Program-made: the position numbers and the translations under genes | From: an uncultured Bdellovibrionales bacterium | Lineage (GTDB): Bacteria > Patescibacteriota > Minisyncoccia > Moranbacterales > GWC2-37-73 | Length of the DNA stretch: 64,000 bases | NCBI GenBank assembly: GCA_964484505.1 | Contig: CAZAFB010000004.1 | Location: 23,265 to 87,264 of the forward strand | Reading direction: 5' to 3' | Part shown: in pieces, positions 10,368 to 20,892 of the stretch | Layout of the letters: each line of letters opens with the position of its first letter | Numbering within the stretch: position 1 is the stretch's first letter | Notes under the pieces: generated by a model | Told to the model about the DNA's origin: nothing | The model's input: only the letters and a program-made list of their open reading frames with translations | Database searches by the model: none

Positions 10368-10946
10368 ATGGAGAAGGAAAAGCTAAAATCAATCATCGAA
10401 AGTCTGCTTTTTGCCAGTGGAGATCCGGTTTTAATTGGAAAATTGGCCAAGATTGCGGGCGTAAAAAACGAAGAAGTCGCGGCTGTTTTGGATGCCTTGG
10501 TTGAAAAATATGCCAAACCGGAAAGCGGTCTTGTCTTGCTTCGTCACGGCGAAAAAGCCCAATTGGCTACCAGAGCTGATAATTCCGAATTCATTGAACA
10601 ACTAAGGACGGTAGAACTTTCCGAAACGCTTTCGCCGGCGGCTCTGGAAGTACTTTCCATTGTTGCTTATCGCGGACCGATTTCTAAGTCGGAAATCGAA
10701 GCGATTCGCGGAGTGAATTGCAGTTATACTGTGCGAAACTTGTTACTCAGAGGTCTGATTGAGCGCAATGATAATCCGCATGACGCGCGTGGATATATAT
10801 ATTCAATCACCTTTGATTTTCTCAAAAAATTGGGGGTGGAGAAAGTAGAAAAATTGCCGCAATATGGTATACTTTCCAAGGATGAGAGAATAACGGCCAT
10901 GATGGAGGAGAACTCGGAAATTGCTGATGTTGCTCAGGCAGAATAG
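10368..10946 (+). CDS. scpB: Segregation and condensation protein B
   Basis: IESLLFASGDP, LSPAALEVLSIVAYRGPISKSEIEAIRGVN. Confidence 0.93.
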   Translation: MEKEKLKSIIESLLFASGDPVLIGKLAKIAGVKNEEVAAVLDALVEKYAKPESGLVLLRHGEKAQLATRADNSEFIEQLRTVELSETLSPAALEVLSIVAYRGPISKSEIEAIRGVNCSYTVRNLLLRGLIERNDNPHDARGYIYSITFDFLKKLGVEKVEKLPQYGILSKDERITAMMEENSEIADVAQAE

Positions 10947-10975
10947 GGCAGTAAAAAAATAAGATTTTTAGTCTA

Positions 10976-12019
10976 ATGCAATTGATTTTATCATCATTAA
11001 TGCTGCTTGTTTTCCCGCTTAATTCATTACTTTTTTTTGACGGAAGTTGGGTGCAGGGTCGGGAAATGAAACTGGAACAAGCGAGCATAGAAAAATTGGC
11101 GGAAAAAGGAAATGAAGCCGTGGCGGGAGTGACTGATCAGAAAAAAGAGCCGCCCAAAAAAGAGGAAGAAATATTCTCTCTTTCGGGGTATGTTCCCTAT
11201 CGCAAAGAAGGAGTTCCTGATCTTGTTTTACCTAATGCACATTCCTCATTAATTATTGATGCGCAATCCGGTACCATATTGCACTATTCTAATGGCAAAG
11301 AAAGAAGGCAAATTGCCTCACTCACAAAAATGATGACGGCTGTTTTGACCATGGAAAACATCAAAGATTTGAATGCGCCGGTTATTATCGGAGAGGAAGA
11401 AGTCTATATTGAAGGCACAAAGATAGGTTGCCCGCGTAGCGGTTATTGCATCAGTCAAAGACTAAAGGTTGGCGAGAAGATATCAGCGGAAAATTTGCTC
11501 AAGGCGATGCTTATGAATAGCGCCAATGATGCGGCATTGGCTTTGGGAAAGCACATGGGCGGAGGTAGTGAAGAAAAATTTGTTGACATGATGAATGAAA
11601 AAGCCAGGAATCTAGGTCTTAGCGATACTCATTTTTGCACTCCTTCCGGTTTGGAAATAGATGGCCGAGAATCGGAATGCTACTCTTCCGCATATGATAT
11701 AGCGCGTATTGCCGCCTATGCTCTGCGCTATGACCATATTTGGAAAATTTTTCGCCTGCCAAGCAATACGGAAGTCACATCTTCGGACGGCACATTGACG
11801 CATACTATTTTAAATACGGATCTCATTTTGGATCAGGTGCCAAACTGTTTGGGAGGAAAAACCGGTTTTACGCCGCTTGCCGGACATTCTTTGCTTATGG
11901 CAGCAACCGATCCGGAAAAGAAACACACTATTGTGGCGGTACTTCTGGATGACCCTTATCGCTGGCAGGATATCAGAACTATGATTGATTGGTCATTTAA
12001 GTCATATGATTGGCGATAA
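10976..12019 (+). CDS. D-alanyl-D-alanine carboxypeptidase (peptidase S11)
   Basis: SxxK (SLTK), SxN (SAN) and KTG motifs; N-terminal hydrophobic segment. Confidence 0.9.
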   Translation: MQLILSSLMLLVFPLNSLLFFDGSWVQGREMKLEQASIEKLAEKGNEAVAGVTDQKKEPPKKEEEIFSLSGYVPYRKEGVPDLVLPNAHSSLIIDAQSGTILHYSNGKERRQIASLTKMMTAVLTMENIKDLNAPVIIGEEEVYIEGTKIGCPRSGYCISQRLKVGEKISAENLLKAMLMNSANDAALALGKHMGGGSEEKFVDMMNEKARNLGLSDTHFCTPSGLEIDGRESECYSSAYDIARIAAYALRYDHIWKIFRLPSNTEVTSSDGTLTHTILNTDLILDQVPNCLGGKTGFTPLAGHSLLMAATDPEKKHTIVAVLLDDPYRWQDIRTMIDWSFKSYDWR

Positions 12020-12110
12020 AATAGCGAATAATCACGAATAAAAAAGCTCGCAAATTGACACGAATTAATTAGTGAATATCAGTGATAAATTAGTGTTGAT
12101 TAGCGATTTA
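12019..12110 (+). repeat. CGAAT/ATTAG periodic hairpin spacer element
   Basis: CGAAT units followed by GATAAATTAGTGTTGATTAGCGATTT, as in the ribosomal operon copies. Confidence 0.75.
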
Positions 12111-12115
12111 ATTAA

Positions 12116-13216
12116 ATGCAATTTGCTCAAATCCAAACAATCCCAGAAGTAGTTAATGTGCTAAAGGTGCTGGTCACCGGTGTGTTGGCTTTTGGCTTGG
12201 CTTTTGCGCTGACGCCGATCTGGACGCATTTTCTCTACAAATATAAAATAGGCATCAAGATAAAATCTTGTGATGTTACCGGAAAAAAACTTTCCTTCGT
12301 CAGCAAACTGCACTCGCATAAAGCCGGTACTCCTACCATGGGAGGTGTTATTGTCTGGGCGAGTGTGCTTATTTTGGTATATGGTATCCACTATGTTTTT
12401 CCTTATTTGGCGTCGCTTTTTGATATTAATTTTTTGGCGCGCTTGGATTTTCTCAAACGCTCACAGGTTTGGTTGCCGCTTTTTGTGTTGGTGACCGCAG
12501 GCATCCTTGGACTTTTCGATGATGTGATGAGCGTTCGTGGTTGGGGCAAAAACAAAGGTGGTGGGATGCGTTTCGCTATGCGTTTTTGGTGGCTTTTTGC
12601 TATAGCCGCCGCCGGTTCTTGGTGGTTTTACTATAAACTGGGATGGGATATGTTCCATATTCCGGGAATCGGAGATTTCTCGATCGGACTTTGGTATATT
12701 CCTCTTTTCATCTTCATCATTCTTTTTGCGGCTGTTTCCTCCAACGAGACAGATGGTTTGGATGGTTTGGATGGCGGAGTGTTGATGATGGCTTTTTTCT
12801 CTTTTGCGATAATTTCTTTTTTGCAAAACAAAGTGGATCTGGCTTCTTTTTGCGCAGCAGTTTCCGGCGCCTTGTTGGCGTTTCTTTGGTTTAATGTTTA
12901 TCCGGCACGCTTTTTTATGGGAGATACTGGAGCAATCTCTTTGGGAACTACTTTGGGAGTGGTTGCTATGTTAACCAATTCCGCACTGGCACTTTTTGTT
13001 ATCGTGGCCGTCTATGTTTTGGAGTCGGGAAGTGTTATAATACAATTGACCAGCAAAAAATTTTTTGGTAAGAAAGTTTTTCTTGCCGCCCCGCTGCACC
13101 ATCATTTTGAAGCGAAAGGTTGGCCGGAACCGAAAGTGGTTATGCGGGCATGGATTATCACGATGATGACATGTCTTTTGGGTGTAATTATCGGGATAAT
13201 AGGAATGGGGAAGTAG
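12116..13216 (+). CDS. mraY: Phospho-N-acetylmuramoyl-pentapeptide transferase
   Basis: KAGTPTMGG, TDGLDGL, PARFFMGDTG, APLHHHFE. Confidence 0.95.
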   Translation: MQFAQIQTIPEVVNVLKVLVTGVLAFGLAFALTPIWTHFLYKYKIGIKIKSCDVTGKKLSFVSKLHSHKAGTPTMGGVIVWASVLILVYGIHYVFPYLASLFDINFLARLDFLKRSQVWLPLFVLVTAGILGLFDDVMSVRGWGKNKGGGMRFAMRFWWLFAIAAAGSWWFYYKLGWDMFHIPGIGDFSIGLWYIPLFIFIILFAAVSSNETDGLDGLDGGVLMMAFFSFAIISFLQNKVDLASFCAAVSGALLAFLWFNVYPARFFMGDTGAISLGTTLGVVAMLTNSALALFVIVAVYVLESGSVIIQLTSKKFFGKKVFLAAPLHHHFEAKGWPEPKVVMRAWIITMMTCLLGVIIGIIGMGK

Positions 13217-13312
13217 TCTACGAATTACGAACATATACGAAAGTACAAAAAGATTCAAAAGATGTTGCTCGGACACAAATTAGTACATTTGTAAAATTCG
13301 TAGTTCGAAGAG
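13217..13312. repeat. Periodic palindromic spacer (TACGAA/TTCGTA variant)
   Basis: TCTACGAATTACGAA...TTCGTAGTTCGAAGA inverted arms. Confidence 0.6.
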
Positions 13313-13338
13313 ATTAATAAATCAAAAATCAAAAAGCT

Positions 13339-14373
13339 ATGAGGAGGATTCAGGATGTCGATGTAAAAGACAAGAGAGTTTTAGTGAGAACGGATTTTAA
13401 TGTCGAGGTCGATAATGGCATAGTCAAAGAAAAATTTAAGATAGCTGCTGCTAAGGAAACTATCGATAAGCTGATAGCGGATGGTGCGGCAAGGGTTGCA
13501 ATGATGTCGCATTTGGGGCGTCCGGAAGGAAAGCGCGATGAAAAATATTCTTTGGCGCAAATAGCTGATGATGTTGCTGATATTCTTGGCAGGAAGGTTG
13601 TTTTTTGCAGTGAATGTATCGGTGCGGCAGTAGAGAAATCTTTTGAAGGAATCGAGGAAGGCGCAGTGGTTCTTTTGGAGAACACGAGGTTTTATCCCGG
13701 AGAGGAAAGTAATGATGCCGAATTTGCAAAACAATTGGCTGCAGGTTTTGATATTTTTGTTAATGAAGCATTCAGTGTTTGTCATCGTGATCAGGCTTCA
13801 GTAACGGGAATAACCAAATTCTTGTCAAGTTATGGCGGTCTTTGGTTGCAAAAAGAAATTGAAAACCTTAATCGTGTCTTGCATGAACCTGAACATCCAG
13901 CCACGGCAATCATAGGTGGTGCCAAAATTGAGACAAAACTGCCTCTAATTAAGAGATTTGAGCAGAATTATGACCATGTTTTAGTAGGAGGTAAGGTGGC
14001 TAACGAAGCTATTGATCAGAAAATAGAATTTTCGCACAAAGTTATGTTGCCGGTAGATTTCGGCGGTGACCGTTTCGATATTGGACCGAAGACGATCAAA
14101 ATGTATAAGGAGATTGTTTCCGCTTCCAAATTGGTTGTGTGGAATGGTCCGATGGGTAGATTTGAAGAACCTCCTTATGATCAGGGTACGCGGCAAATTC
14201 TGGATATAATTTCCGATGGTGACATGTTTACGCTTACCGGTGGCGGGGAGTCGATTCAGATTTTGGAAGAGCGTGGTTTGATGGGTGCGATATCCTTTGT
14301 TTCAACTGGAGGCGGAGCAATGCTTGAATATCTCAGTGGCAACAAGATGCCTGGAATAGAAAGCTTGAAATAA
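13339..14373 (+). CDS. pgk: Phosphoglycerate kinase (compact form)
   Basis: RTDFNV, SHLGRP, LLENTRF, GGAK, WNGPMG, VSTGGGAMLEYL. Confidence 0.95.
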   Translation: MRRIQDVDVKDKRVLVRTDFNVEVDNGIVKEKFKIAAAKETIDKLIADGAARVAMMSHLGRPEGKRDEKYSLAQIADDVADILGRKVVFCSECIGAAVEKSFEGIEEGAVVLLENTRFYPGEESNDAEFAKQLAAGFDIFVNEAFSVCHRDQASVTGITKFLSSYGGLWLQKEIENLNRVLHEPEHPATAIIGGAKIETKLPLIKRFEQNYDHVLVGGKVANEAIDQKIEFSHKVMLPVDFGGDRFDIGPKTIKMYKEIVSASKLVVWNGPMGRFEEPPYDQGTRQILDIISDGDMFTLTGGGESIQILEERGLMGAISFVSTGGGAMLEYLSGNKMPGIESLK

Positions 14374-14394
14374 AAAATTGTAAAAACAAAAAGC

Positions 14395-14973
14395 ATGAAA
14401 TCCGGACAGGCGATTTTAAACAGACATGGAAAAACGGAGCAGACGGGTTCGGTTAATTATTTTGCCAGGGCTGGTCTTTATGTTTCTCAAGCCATTTTGA
14501 TTCTTGGATCCCTGCTTGTTTTCTTTGATTATTTCGGGATGTTTTCCCAAGAAGCGCTTCTTTGGTCCTATAGGATCATTGATATATGGATAATATGCGT
14601 GGGGCTTTTGATTGTTTTTGGCTGTGTTCCCTATTTGTATTTTTCCAGCTTGGTTAAATTCAAGAAGAATGACATGTTTTGGGATGTGGAAACTTTTTGG
14701 ATCTTTATTCTTTTCATGGCCGGCATGTTTTTCCAATATGGAAGTGGCAGGGAATATGCCCTACACTTGGTTGTTTTTTCCACTGCTTCCATCATGGTGT
14801 TGCACATATATTTCATGATTATCTCTTCAAATATTCACAGCGGATCCTTGGACCGTCGGCGTGCACATGTTTATTTTGAAAGCTTGAAATATTTGATCGC
14901 TTATTATGCCATAACATTGACATTGCTGACCCTGTTTAATCCTTTTGATTCGGTATATGCCATGTTTTCATGA
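14395..14973 (+). CDS. Hypothetical membrane protein
   Basis: About five hydrophobic segments; sits between pgk and eno. Confidence 0.65.
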   Translation: MKSGQAILNRHGKTEQTGSVNYFARAGLYVSQAILILGSLLVFFDYFGMFSQEALLWSYRIIDIWIICVGLLIVFGCVPYLYFSSLVKFKKNDMFWDVETFWIFILFMAGMFFQYGSGREYALHLVVFSTASIMVLHIYFMIISSNIHSGSLDRRRAHVYFESLKYLIAYYAITLTLLTLFNPFDSVYAMFS

Positions 14974-15013
14974 GATAAAATGATTTACTTCTAATTTTTA
15001 AACAAAAATCAAA

Positions 15014-16324
15014 ATGTCAACTATAAAGAAAATTTCAGCCAGAGAAATATTGGATTCAAGAGGAAATCCCACAGTGGAAGTTGCGGTTACTCTTTCCAGC
15101 GGAGCAACAGCAAGTGCGGCAGTGCCATCTGGTGCATCCACGGGAACATATGAAGCTCTGGAATTGCGAGATGGAGACAAAAATCGTTACGGCGGCTTGG
15201 GTGTGAAGAAGGCGGTCGAACATGTTAATACGGAAATTGCCGAGGCTCTTTTCGGTCATGACGTTGATGATCAGTTCGGCATTGACAGACTTCTTTGCTC
15301 GCTTGATGGAACGGAAAATAAGTCCAGGCTCGGAGCCAATGCTATTTTGGGCGTATCGCTTGCGGTTTGTCGAGTTGCGGCAATCGAGAAAGGAGAAGCC
15401 CTGTACAAACGCATAAATTGTTTGATGGGAAAACTGGAAAAAAAAAGCGTGACCAAAATGCGCTTGCCGATTCCTATGTTTAATGTGCTCAATGGAGGAC
15501 AACACAGTGATAGTGGTCTCAGTATTCAGGAGTTCAAAGTCGTGCCAACCGGTTTTTCCGATATTGAGGATCAAGTAAGAGCTGGAAGCGAGATTTTCCA
15601 TGCGCTTAAGAAATTATTAGCAGCTGATGGACATAGTGTGGGAGTTGGTGACGAGGGAGGATTTGCGCCAAAATTGGAAAGCAATACTCAGGCGCTGGAA
15701 TATATCAAGAAAGCGATCGAAACTGCAGGTTACGAGTTTGGCAAGCAAATTCACATTGGTATTGATGCGGCAGCAAGCTCATTCTTTGATGAGCAAGAAA
15801 ACAAATATATACTCAAGCCGGAGAATGTCATGTTGGAAAAAGAGAGGTTGATCGCTTTTTATCGCGAATGGATGGATAAATTTGCGGTGATATCCATAGA
15901 AGATGGTCTTGAAGAAAATGATTGGGATGGTTGGGCCATGATGTTGGAAAAAGTTCGTAGGTACAATATCGACGGCGTGAAATCATCAATCATGAAAGAA
16001 GCGATGGTTATAGGTGATGACTTGTTGGTGACGAATGTAAAACGTCTGCAAGAGGCGATTAAACATAAATCATGTAACAGTGTCTTGATCAAAGTTAATC
16101 AAATCGGAACGCTGACAGAGACTCTGGAATGTATTTTGCTTGCCCGTAAAAACAAGATGAAGTCTGTTATTTCGCATCGCAGCGGAGAGACGACGGATGA
16201 TTTCATTTCCGACCTTGCTGTAGGAGCGGGAGCTGAATTTATGAAATCAGGATCGCTTTCCCGCGGTGAGAGACTTTGTAAATATAACAGATTGATGGAG
16301 ATAGCGGGGGAAATGAATTGCTGA
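15014..16324 (+). CDS. eno: Enolase
   Basis: EILDSRGNPTVE, VPSGASTG, GDEGGFAP, SHRSGET. Confidence 0.97.
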   Translation: MSTIKKISAREILDSRGNPTVEVAVTLSSGATASAAVPSGASTGTYEALELRDGDKNRYGGLGVKKAVEHVNTEIAEALFGHDVDDQFGIDRLLCSLDGTENKSRLGANAILGVSLAVCRVAAIEKGEALYKRINCLMGKLEKKSVTKMRLPIPMFNVLNGGQHSDSGLSIQEFKVVPTGFSDIEDQVRAGSEIFHALKKLLAADGHSVGVGDEGGFAPKLESNTQALEYIKKAIETAGYEFGKQIHIGIDAAASSFFDEQENKYILKPENVMLEKERLIAFYREWMDKFAVISIEDGLEENDWDGWAMMLEKVRRYNIDGVKSSIMKEAMVIGDDLLVTNVKRLQEAIKHKSCNSVLIKVNQIGTLTETLECILLARKNKMKSVISHRSGETTDDFISDLAVGAGAEFMKSGSLSRGERLCKYNRLMEIAGEMNC

Positions 16325-16359
16325 ATATTGAGTGTTGAATTTTGAATATAGAATTTTTT

Positions 16360-17370
16360 ATGGCCCACGTATTAGTTATCGGATCGGCATGTAAGGACAT
16401 CTTTTTCCCAACAAATGAAGGAGATATTTTTGATACGCCTCAAGACGCTACTTCTCAGCGCAAAATCGCTTTTGAGCTTGGAGCTAAATATCATATTGAA
16501 AGGAGATTTGAAACTCTGGGAGGATGTGCGGTGAATGTGGGAGTCGGTTTGGTTAAGCTCGGGCATGATGTTTGTTGTCATGCTCCCATAGGGCATGATG
16601 CTACTGGGGAATGGATCGTCAAAAATATGGCGGATTTGGGCGTTGATGTTTCTCGTGTGGTGCATGAAAGCAAGGAACAAAGTGATCTTTCAGCTATAGT
16701 TGTTGATAAGAAAAGCGGGGAGCGCACCATTTTTTCAAGTCATGGAGCTAGCAGGACGTTCAGTTTTGACGCTGGAGCAACTCATGGCGCCGATTGGCTT
16801 TTTATTGGTGATTTGAGTGGCAAATGGAAGGAAAATCTTGAAGAAATTGGGAATTGTGCCAAACGCGATGATATTAAGATAGCATTCAATCCCAGGCAAC
16901 AAATGATTCATGAAGATGCTCGCTTCGTGAAAGATATGTTGGGAATCAGTGATGTGGGGATATTAAACAAAGATGAAGCTTTGGAAATTGCCATGCGTTG
17001 CGGCAGGGCAAATGTGGATTTTGAAATTGAAGACGAAATTAGCATCTTGCGTTTTTTGCAAGAGGAGGGAGCGGAGATTTTGGTGATTACGGATGGTGTC
17101 CGTGGTGCTTGGGCCTCGGACGGAATTTCTTTTTTGCATGCGGAGGCTCTTTGTCATGATGAAGTCATTGATACTACTGGGGCTGGGGATGCTTTTGCCA
17201 GTGGTTTTTTAGGAGCGATAATCGCGGGCTTGGATATTTCAAAAGCTTTATCCTGGGGAATAGTCAACAGTAGTGAATCTTTGCGGTATTATGGTGGCCA
17301 GGAAGGCTTGCTCAATAGTGCGGAAATTGTCGAAAAAAGTTCCAAAGTTAGAATAAAAAAACTAAAATAA
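16360..17370 (+). CDS. PfkB-family carbohydrate kinase
   Basis: GGCAVNVG and DTTGAGDAFASGF motifs; ATG at 16360 preferred. Confidence 0.9.
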   Translation: MAHVLVIGSACKDIFFPTNEGDIFDTPQDATSQRKIAFELGAKYHIERRFETLGGCAVNVGVGLVKLGHDVCCHAPIGHDATGEWIVKNMADLGVDVSRVVHESKEQSDLSAIVVDKKSGERTIFSSHGASRTFSFDAGATHGADWLFIGDLSGKWKENLEEIGNCAKRDDIKIAFNPRQQMIHEDARFVKDMLGISDVGILNKDEALEIAMRCGRANVDFEIEDEISILRFLQEEGAEILVITDGVRGAWASDGISFLHAEALCHDEVIDTTGAGDAFASGFLGAIIAGLDISKALSWGIVNSSESLRYYGGQEGLLNSAEIVEKSSKVRIKKLK

Positions 17371-17386
17371 CAAAAAATAAATTATC

Positions 17387-18649
17387 ATGGGTTTGTTCTC
17401 GAAAATATTCAAGGGCGGAAAAGGGGAAGTTTTCTTAGCTCTGGACATAGGTACCGAAGTTGCCAAGGCTTTGATATTTTCCGTTGGCTCGGAAGATCGC
17501 AGCGCTACAATTTTGGGCGTTGCAAAGGAAAGACAAAAGAGGGGTAATATGCAAAGTGGCGCCGTTTCAGACATCGGAGGAGTAATTGAAACTTGTCAGA
17601 GAGCAATCGCTTCGTCGCAGGAGGCTGCCGGTGTGAAAAAAGTTAAAAAAGCCATTGTGGGTATCGCTGGAGAATTGGTTAAGGGGACAACGACCACGGT
17701 GCATTATCAGAGGACTAATCCCGAGTCTAGAATAGATTTTTCCGAATTGAAAGTGATTATAAAAAAAGTCCAGGAAAAAGCTTTTGAAAGAATCAAAGAC
17801 CAAATTTCTTGGGATACGGGACAAAGTGATATTGATATAAAGCTGATCAATGCGGCTATTGTTGATGTGCGCATAGATGGTTACCAGGTGAATAACCCGA
17901 TAGGTTTTCAGGGCAAGGACGTTTCAGTGAGCGTTTTCAATGCCTATGCCCCCATGATTCACTTGGGCGCCTTGGAAGCAATTGCCGACGAATTGCACAT
18001 AGATTTGGTCAGCATAGCTGCTGAGCCATATGCGGTAGCCAGGGCGATTGATTATGAAGATATTTTGGATTTTAGCGCCATTTTCATTGATATTGGTGGT
18101 GGAACTACCGATATAGCAGTAGTGCGTAACGGGGGGCTTGAAGGAACGAGGATGTTTGCTTTTGGTGGCAGGGCTTTTACTAAAAAATTGGCACAGGAAT
18201 TGCGTATCGGTTTTGATGAAGCGGAGGACTTGAAATTGCAATATGCCTATGGAAAATTAAGTCCGGATATCAACGATAAGATCGAACAGATACTGCAAAG
18301 CGATTGTGACGTTTGGCTAAGTGGGGTGGAATTGTCCCTGTCCGAATTTGCTCAAGCCGATGTCCTTCCTTCCAAGATATTGCTTTGCGGAGGTGGTAGT
18401 GGTTTACCTGGAATTCGCAAGGCACTTCTTTCCCCTCAGTGGTTGAAGGACCTGCCTTTTGCAAAGGTTCCCACAGTCGGCTATTTGCAACCTAAAGATG
18501 TGACCAGAGTTGTGGACACTACCGGTCAGTTGAAAAATCCTCAAGATGTGACGCCAATGGGGCTTGCCAATCTTGTTCTGGACATTTCTTCCGAGGAAAA
18601 AGTAATGGCAGGAATATTACGTCGTGTGGTACAATCAATGCAGGACTAA
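17387..18649 (+). CDS. FtsA/PilM-like actin-fold ATPase
   Basis: ALDIGT, AEPYAVA, IDIGGGTTD, LCGGGSGL. Confidence 0.85.
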   Translation: MGLFSKIFKGGKGEVFLALDIGTEVAKALIFSVGSEDRSATILGVAKERQKRGNMQSGAVSDIGGVIETCQRAIASSQEAAGVKKVKKAIVGIAGELVKGTTTTVHYQRTNPESRIDFSELKVIIKKVQEKAFERIKDQISWDTGQSDIDIKLINAAIVDVRIDGYQVNNPIGFQGKDVSVSVFNAYAPMIHLGALEAIADELHIDLVSIAAEPYAVARAIDYEDILDFSAIFIDIGGGTTDIAVVRNGGLEGTRMFAFGGRAFTKKLAQELRIGFDEAEDLKLQYAYGKLSPDINDKIEQILQSDCDVWLSGVELSLSEFAQADVLPSKILLCGGGSGLPGIRKALLSPQWLKDLPFAKVPTVGYLQPKDVTRVVDTTGQLKNPQDVTPMGLANLVLDISSEEKVMAGILRRVVQSMQD

Positions 18650-18655
18650 TGGTAT

Positions 18656-18744
18656 AACTCGCGAATCAACGCGAATTATATCTCGAATAATCACGAATGA
18701 ATTCATTAGGGATAATTAGTGATAAATTAGTGTTGATTAGAGAT
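18656..18744 (+). repeat. CGAAT/ATTAG periodic hairpin spacer element
   Basis: Four CGAAT units then four ATTAG units in mirror arrangement. Confidence 0.8.
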
Positions 18745-18754
18745 CTATATAATT

Positions 18755-20641
18755 ATGCATCAGACATTCTACATAAGTGGTGATGAAGAAATATCCTCGA
18801 TAGTAGATAGATTGCGTAAATCCGTGTCGCAGGAGAATTATTTTGTCGTGCCTCCGCGAGCACTTGTTTTTCAAAGTGTGGTTAATTTAAAGCTGTTAGC
18901 CAAAGAAGCCGAGAAAATTGGAAGGAAGGCAATCTTGGTCACACAGGATGAAATGGGCGCATCATTGGCTCAACGTGCCGGTTTGAATGTGCGTTCTTCC
19001 ATGGAGGGTATTGGTAATAACCAGCCGAAGATCAAAGATTTTTCTACCAAGGAAGAAATATCCTCCAAAAAGATGGAATTTGGTGGTGATACGCTTGCCA
19101 GCGGAAATGAAATCGGCGAAGTGCTGGAAAAAAAGCAACGATTATCCAGCATTGGTTCAGCTGATTTTTATGGAGAGCAAAAGGCTACTAGTCAAAATGT
19201 TAAGATTGAGACAACTGCGGCGCCAGCTTCTTTGCAAGGAAAACGCGATGTGATTTATGTTGGCAAGCAGGGCTTGGCTGGCGATATAAAAAGCAACAGA
19301 CAAACTGTGCCAACTTCTTCTATTGTCCCAAAAGTTGTCGCCAGCAATGAAAGTGCAAGGAGGCCTTATCCTGGTACAGAACAGCGTATCGAAAAAATGT
19401 TTCTAAACAAAGAACATCCCAAAGTGGAAAAGCCAAAAATTTCCCATAGCGAGAGTGTTCCGGTGGGCGGGAGGACCAAGATGTTTATCGGAATATTTCT
19501 TTTATTGGGATTGTTTGTTCTTGGCGCCGTGGCTATATTTGTTATTTTGCCTAGCGCTAAAATAAAAGTTGTCGTCAATGATGAAAGACAAAAGGCGGAT
19601 ATAGCGATAGCTGGAAGTGAACAAATTGTTTCCGCTGATGAATCAACAAAAAACATTCCGGTAAAATTTATAGAAAAAGATGAAGTCGTAACTCTTTCCT
19701 ATGAAGCGACGGGAATTGCCTCTGGCTCGGGATCCAAAGCAAAGGGTGCGGTAATCATAAATAATGAATACAGCGATCAGCCGCAAACATTGATAGCAAC
19801 GACTCGCCTGAAAAACAGTGAGGGAAAAATATATCGTATAACCAAAGACGTAACTGTTCCGGGCATGCGTTCCGTTGGCTCCGACAAGGAGCCTGGTAAG
19901 GTGGAAGTGGAGGTAGTGGCGGATGACTTTGGAGAAGAATTTGATATGAGTGAAGGTAAATTTACTATTCCCGGTTTTGAAGGCGGCCCTAAATATGAAA
20001 AATTCTCTGCAGAGGTAAAAGAAAAGATTTCGGGTGGTAATATGAGCGACAATCCAATTAAAGCGGTTTCAGAGCAGGATATCATTAAGGCCAAAAAGGA
20101 AACGGAGACTGCTCTGAAAAATAAAGTAAAAGATATCATAAACGCAGACCTGGAGGAAGGATATGCTGTCATGGATGAAACCATGGATTCAATCATTGTT
20201 CAATCCAGTGCTTCGGTGAAGGCCGGTGCGGAAAAAGACAGTTTTGATTATGCAGTCAAAGCTCACATAAAGGCCTTGGCCTTTTCTGCAGAAGATGCGA
20301 AAAAGATATTGGTCTCAAGCTTTGAAAAAACAACAATTGAAAAGGCAAGTGCTAACGAAATGAAAATTGAATATACGGGCATTTCACCTGATTTCACAGG
20401 AAAAAAACTAAGCTTGCGTGCTCATGGAGAAATAGTAAAACCTTCCGATTTTGATGCGGAGACATTCAAAAAAGATATTTTAGGTAAAAATGAACAAGAA
20501 ATAGGGAAGGTTGTGGATAAATTTGAAAATATCGACAATGTAGAAATGGAATTCAATTTCAAGTTTGTTTCCAGAGTTCCAAATTATCCGCAAAGAGTGT
20601 CGGTGGAAGTTATTCATCAGGAAAAAAGCTTGGCAAAGTAG
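18755..20641 (+). CDS. Single-pass membrane protein with baseplate-J-like extracytoplasmic region
   Basis: N-terminal domain, low-complexity linker, one TM (FIGIFLLLGLFVLGAVAIFVIL), then GAVIINN..QTLIATTRL..VTVPG..VEVVADDFG. Confidence 0.65.
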   Translation: MHQTFYISGDEEISSIVDRLRKSVSQENYFVVPPRALVFQSVVNLKLLAKEAEKIGRKAILVTQDEMGASLAQRAGLNVRSSMEGIGNNQPKIKDFSTKEEISSKKMEFGGDTLASGNEIGEVLEKKQRLSSIGSADFYGEQKATSQNVKIETTAAPASLQGKRDVIYVGKQGLAGDIKSNRQTVPTSSIVPKVVASNESARRPYPGTEQRIEKMFLNKEHPKVEKPKISHSESVPVGGRTKMFIGIFLLLGLFVLGAVAIFVILPSAKIKVVVNDERQKADIAIAGSEQIVSADESTKNIPVKFIEKDEVVTLSYEATGIASGSGSKAKGAVIINNEYSDQPQTLIATTRLKNSEGKIYRITKDVTVPGMRSVGSDKEPGKVEVEVVADDFGEEFDMSEGKFTIPGFEGGPKYEKFSAEVKEKISGGNMSDNPIKAVSEQDIIKAKKETETALKNKVKDIINADLEEGYAVMDETMDSIIVQSSASVKAGAEKDSFDYAVKAHIKALAFSAEDAKKILVSSFEKTTIEKASANEMKIEYTGISPDFTGKKLSLRAHGEIVKPSDFDAETFKKDILGKNEQEIGKVVDKFENIDNVEMEFNFKFVSRVPNYPQRVSVEVIHQEKSLAK

Positions 20642-20732
20642 TAAACTTTTTGTTTAAATTTGAGGGAGTTTGGAAAGGGGATTCAATAGGGGTCCCTTTT
20701 GTGTTTTTCGGAGTTTAAAAATAATTTTCAGT

Positions 20733-20741
20733 TGTGGATAA
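20733..20741 (-). promoter_or_regulatory. DnaA box
   Basis: TGTGGATAA is the perfect reverse complement of TTATCCACA, just upstream of the nrdR promoter. Confidence 0.6.
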
Positions 20742-20808
20742 GTCCCAAAAATGGCTTAGGAAAAGGAGCTTGGCAGATATTTGACTTGTGGTATAATGTA
20801 TCTAACGT

Positions 20809-20824
20809 ACACTATATCTTGTGG
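20809..20824. promoter_or_regulatory. NrdR box
   Basis: ACACTATATCTTGTGG fits the acaCwAtATaTwGtgt consensus and lies just downstream of TATAAT (20792-20797), ahead of nrdR-nrdD. Confidence 0.75.
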
Positions 20825-20892
20825 TTTTGATAATAAAACACAAAAATCGTGAGTACGGAAATCGTAAACTTGTCAAGTTGTTATATGAGTTC

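Noticed and set aside
18755-20641. Prophage, suggested by the baseplate-J-like region
   Set aside because: No terminase, capsid, tail or integrase genes nearby; the protein has a TM anchor and sits in a housekeeping run
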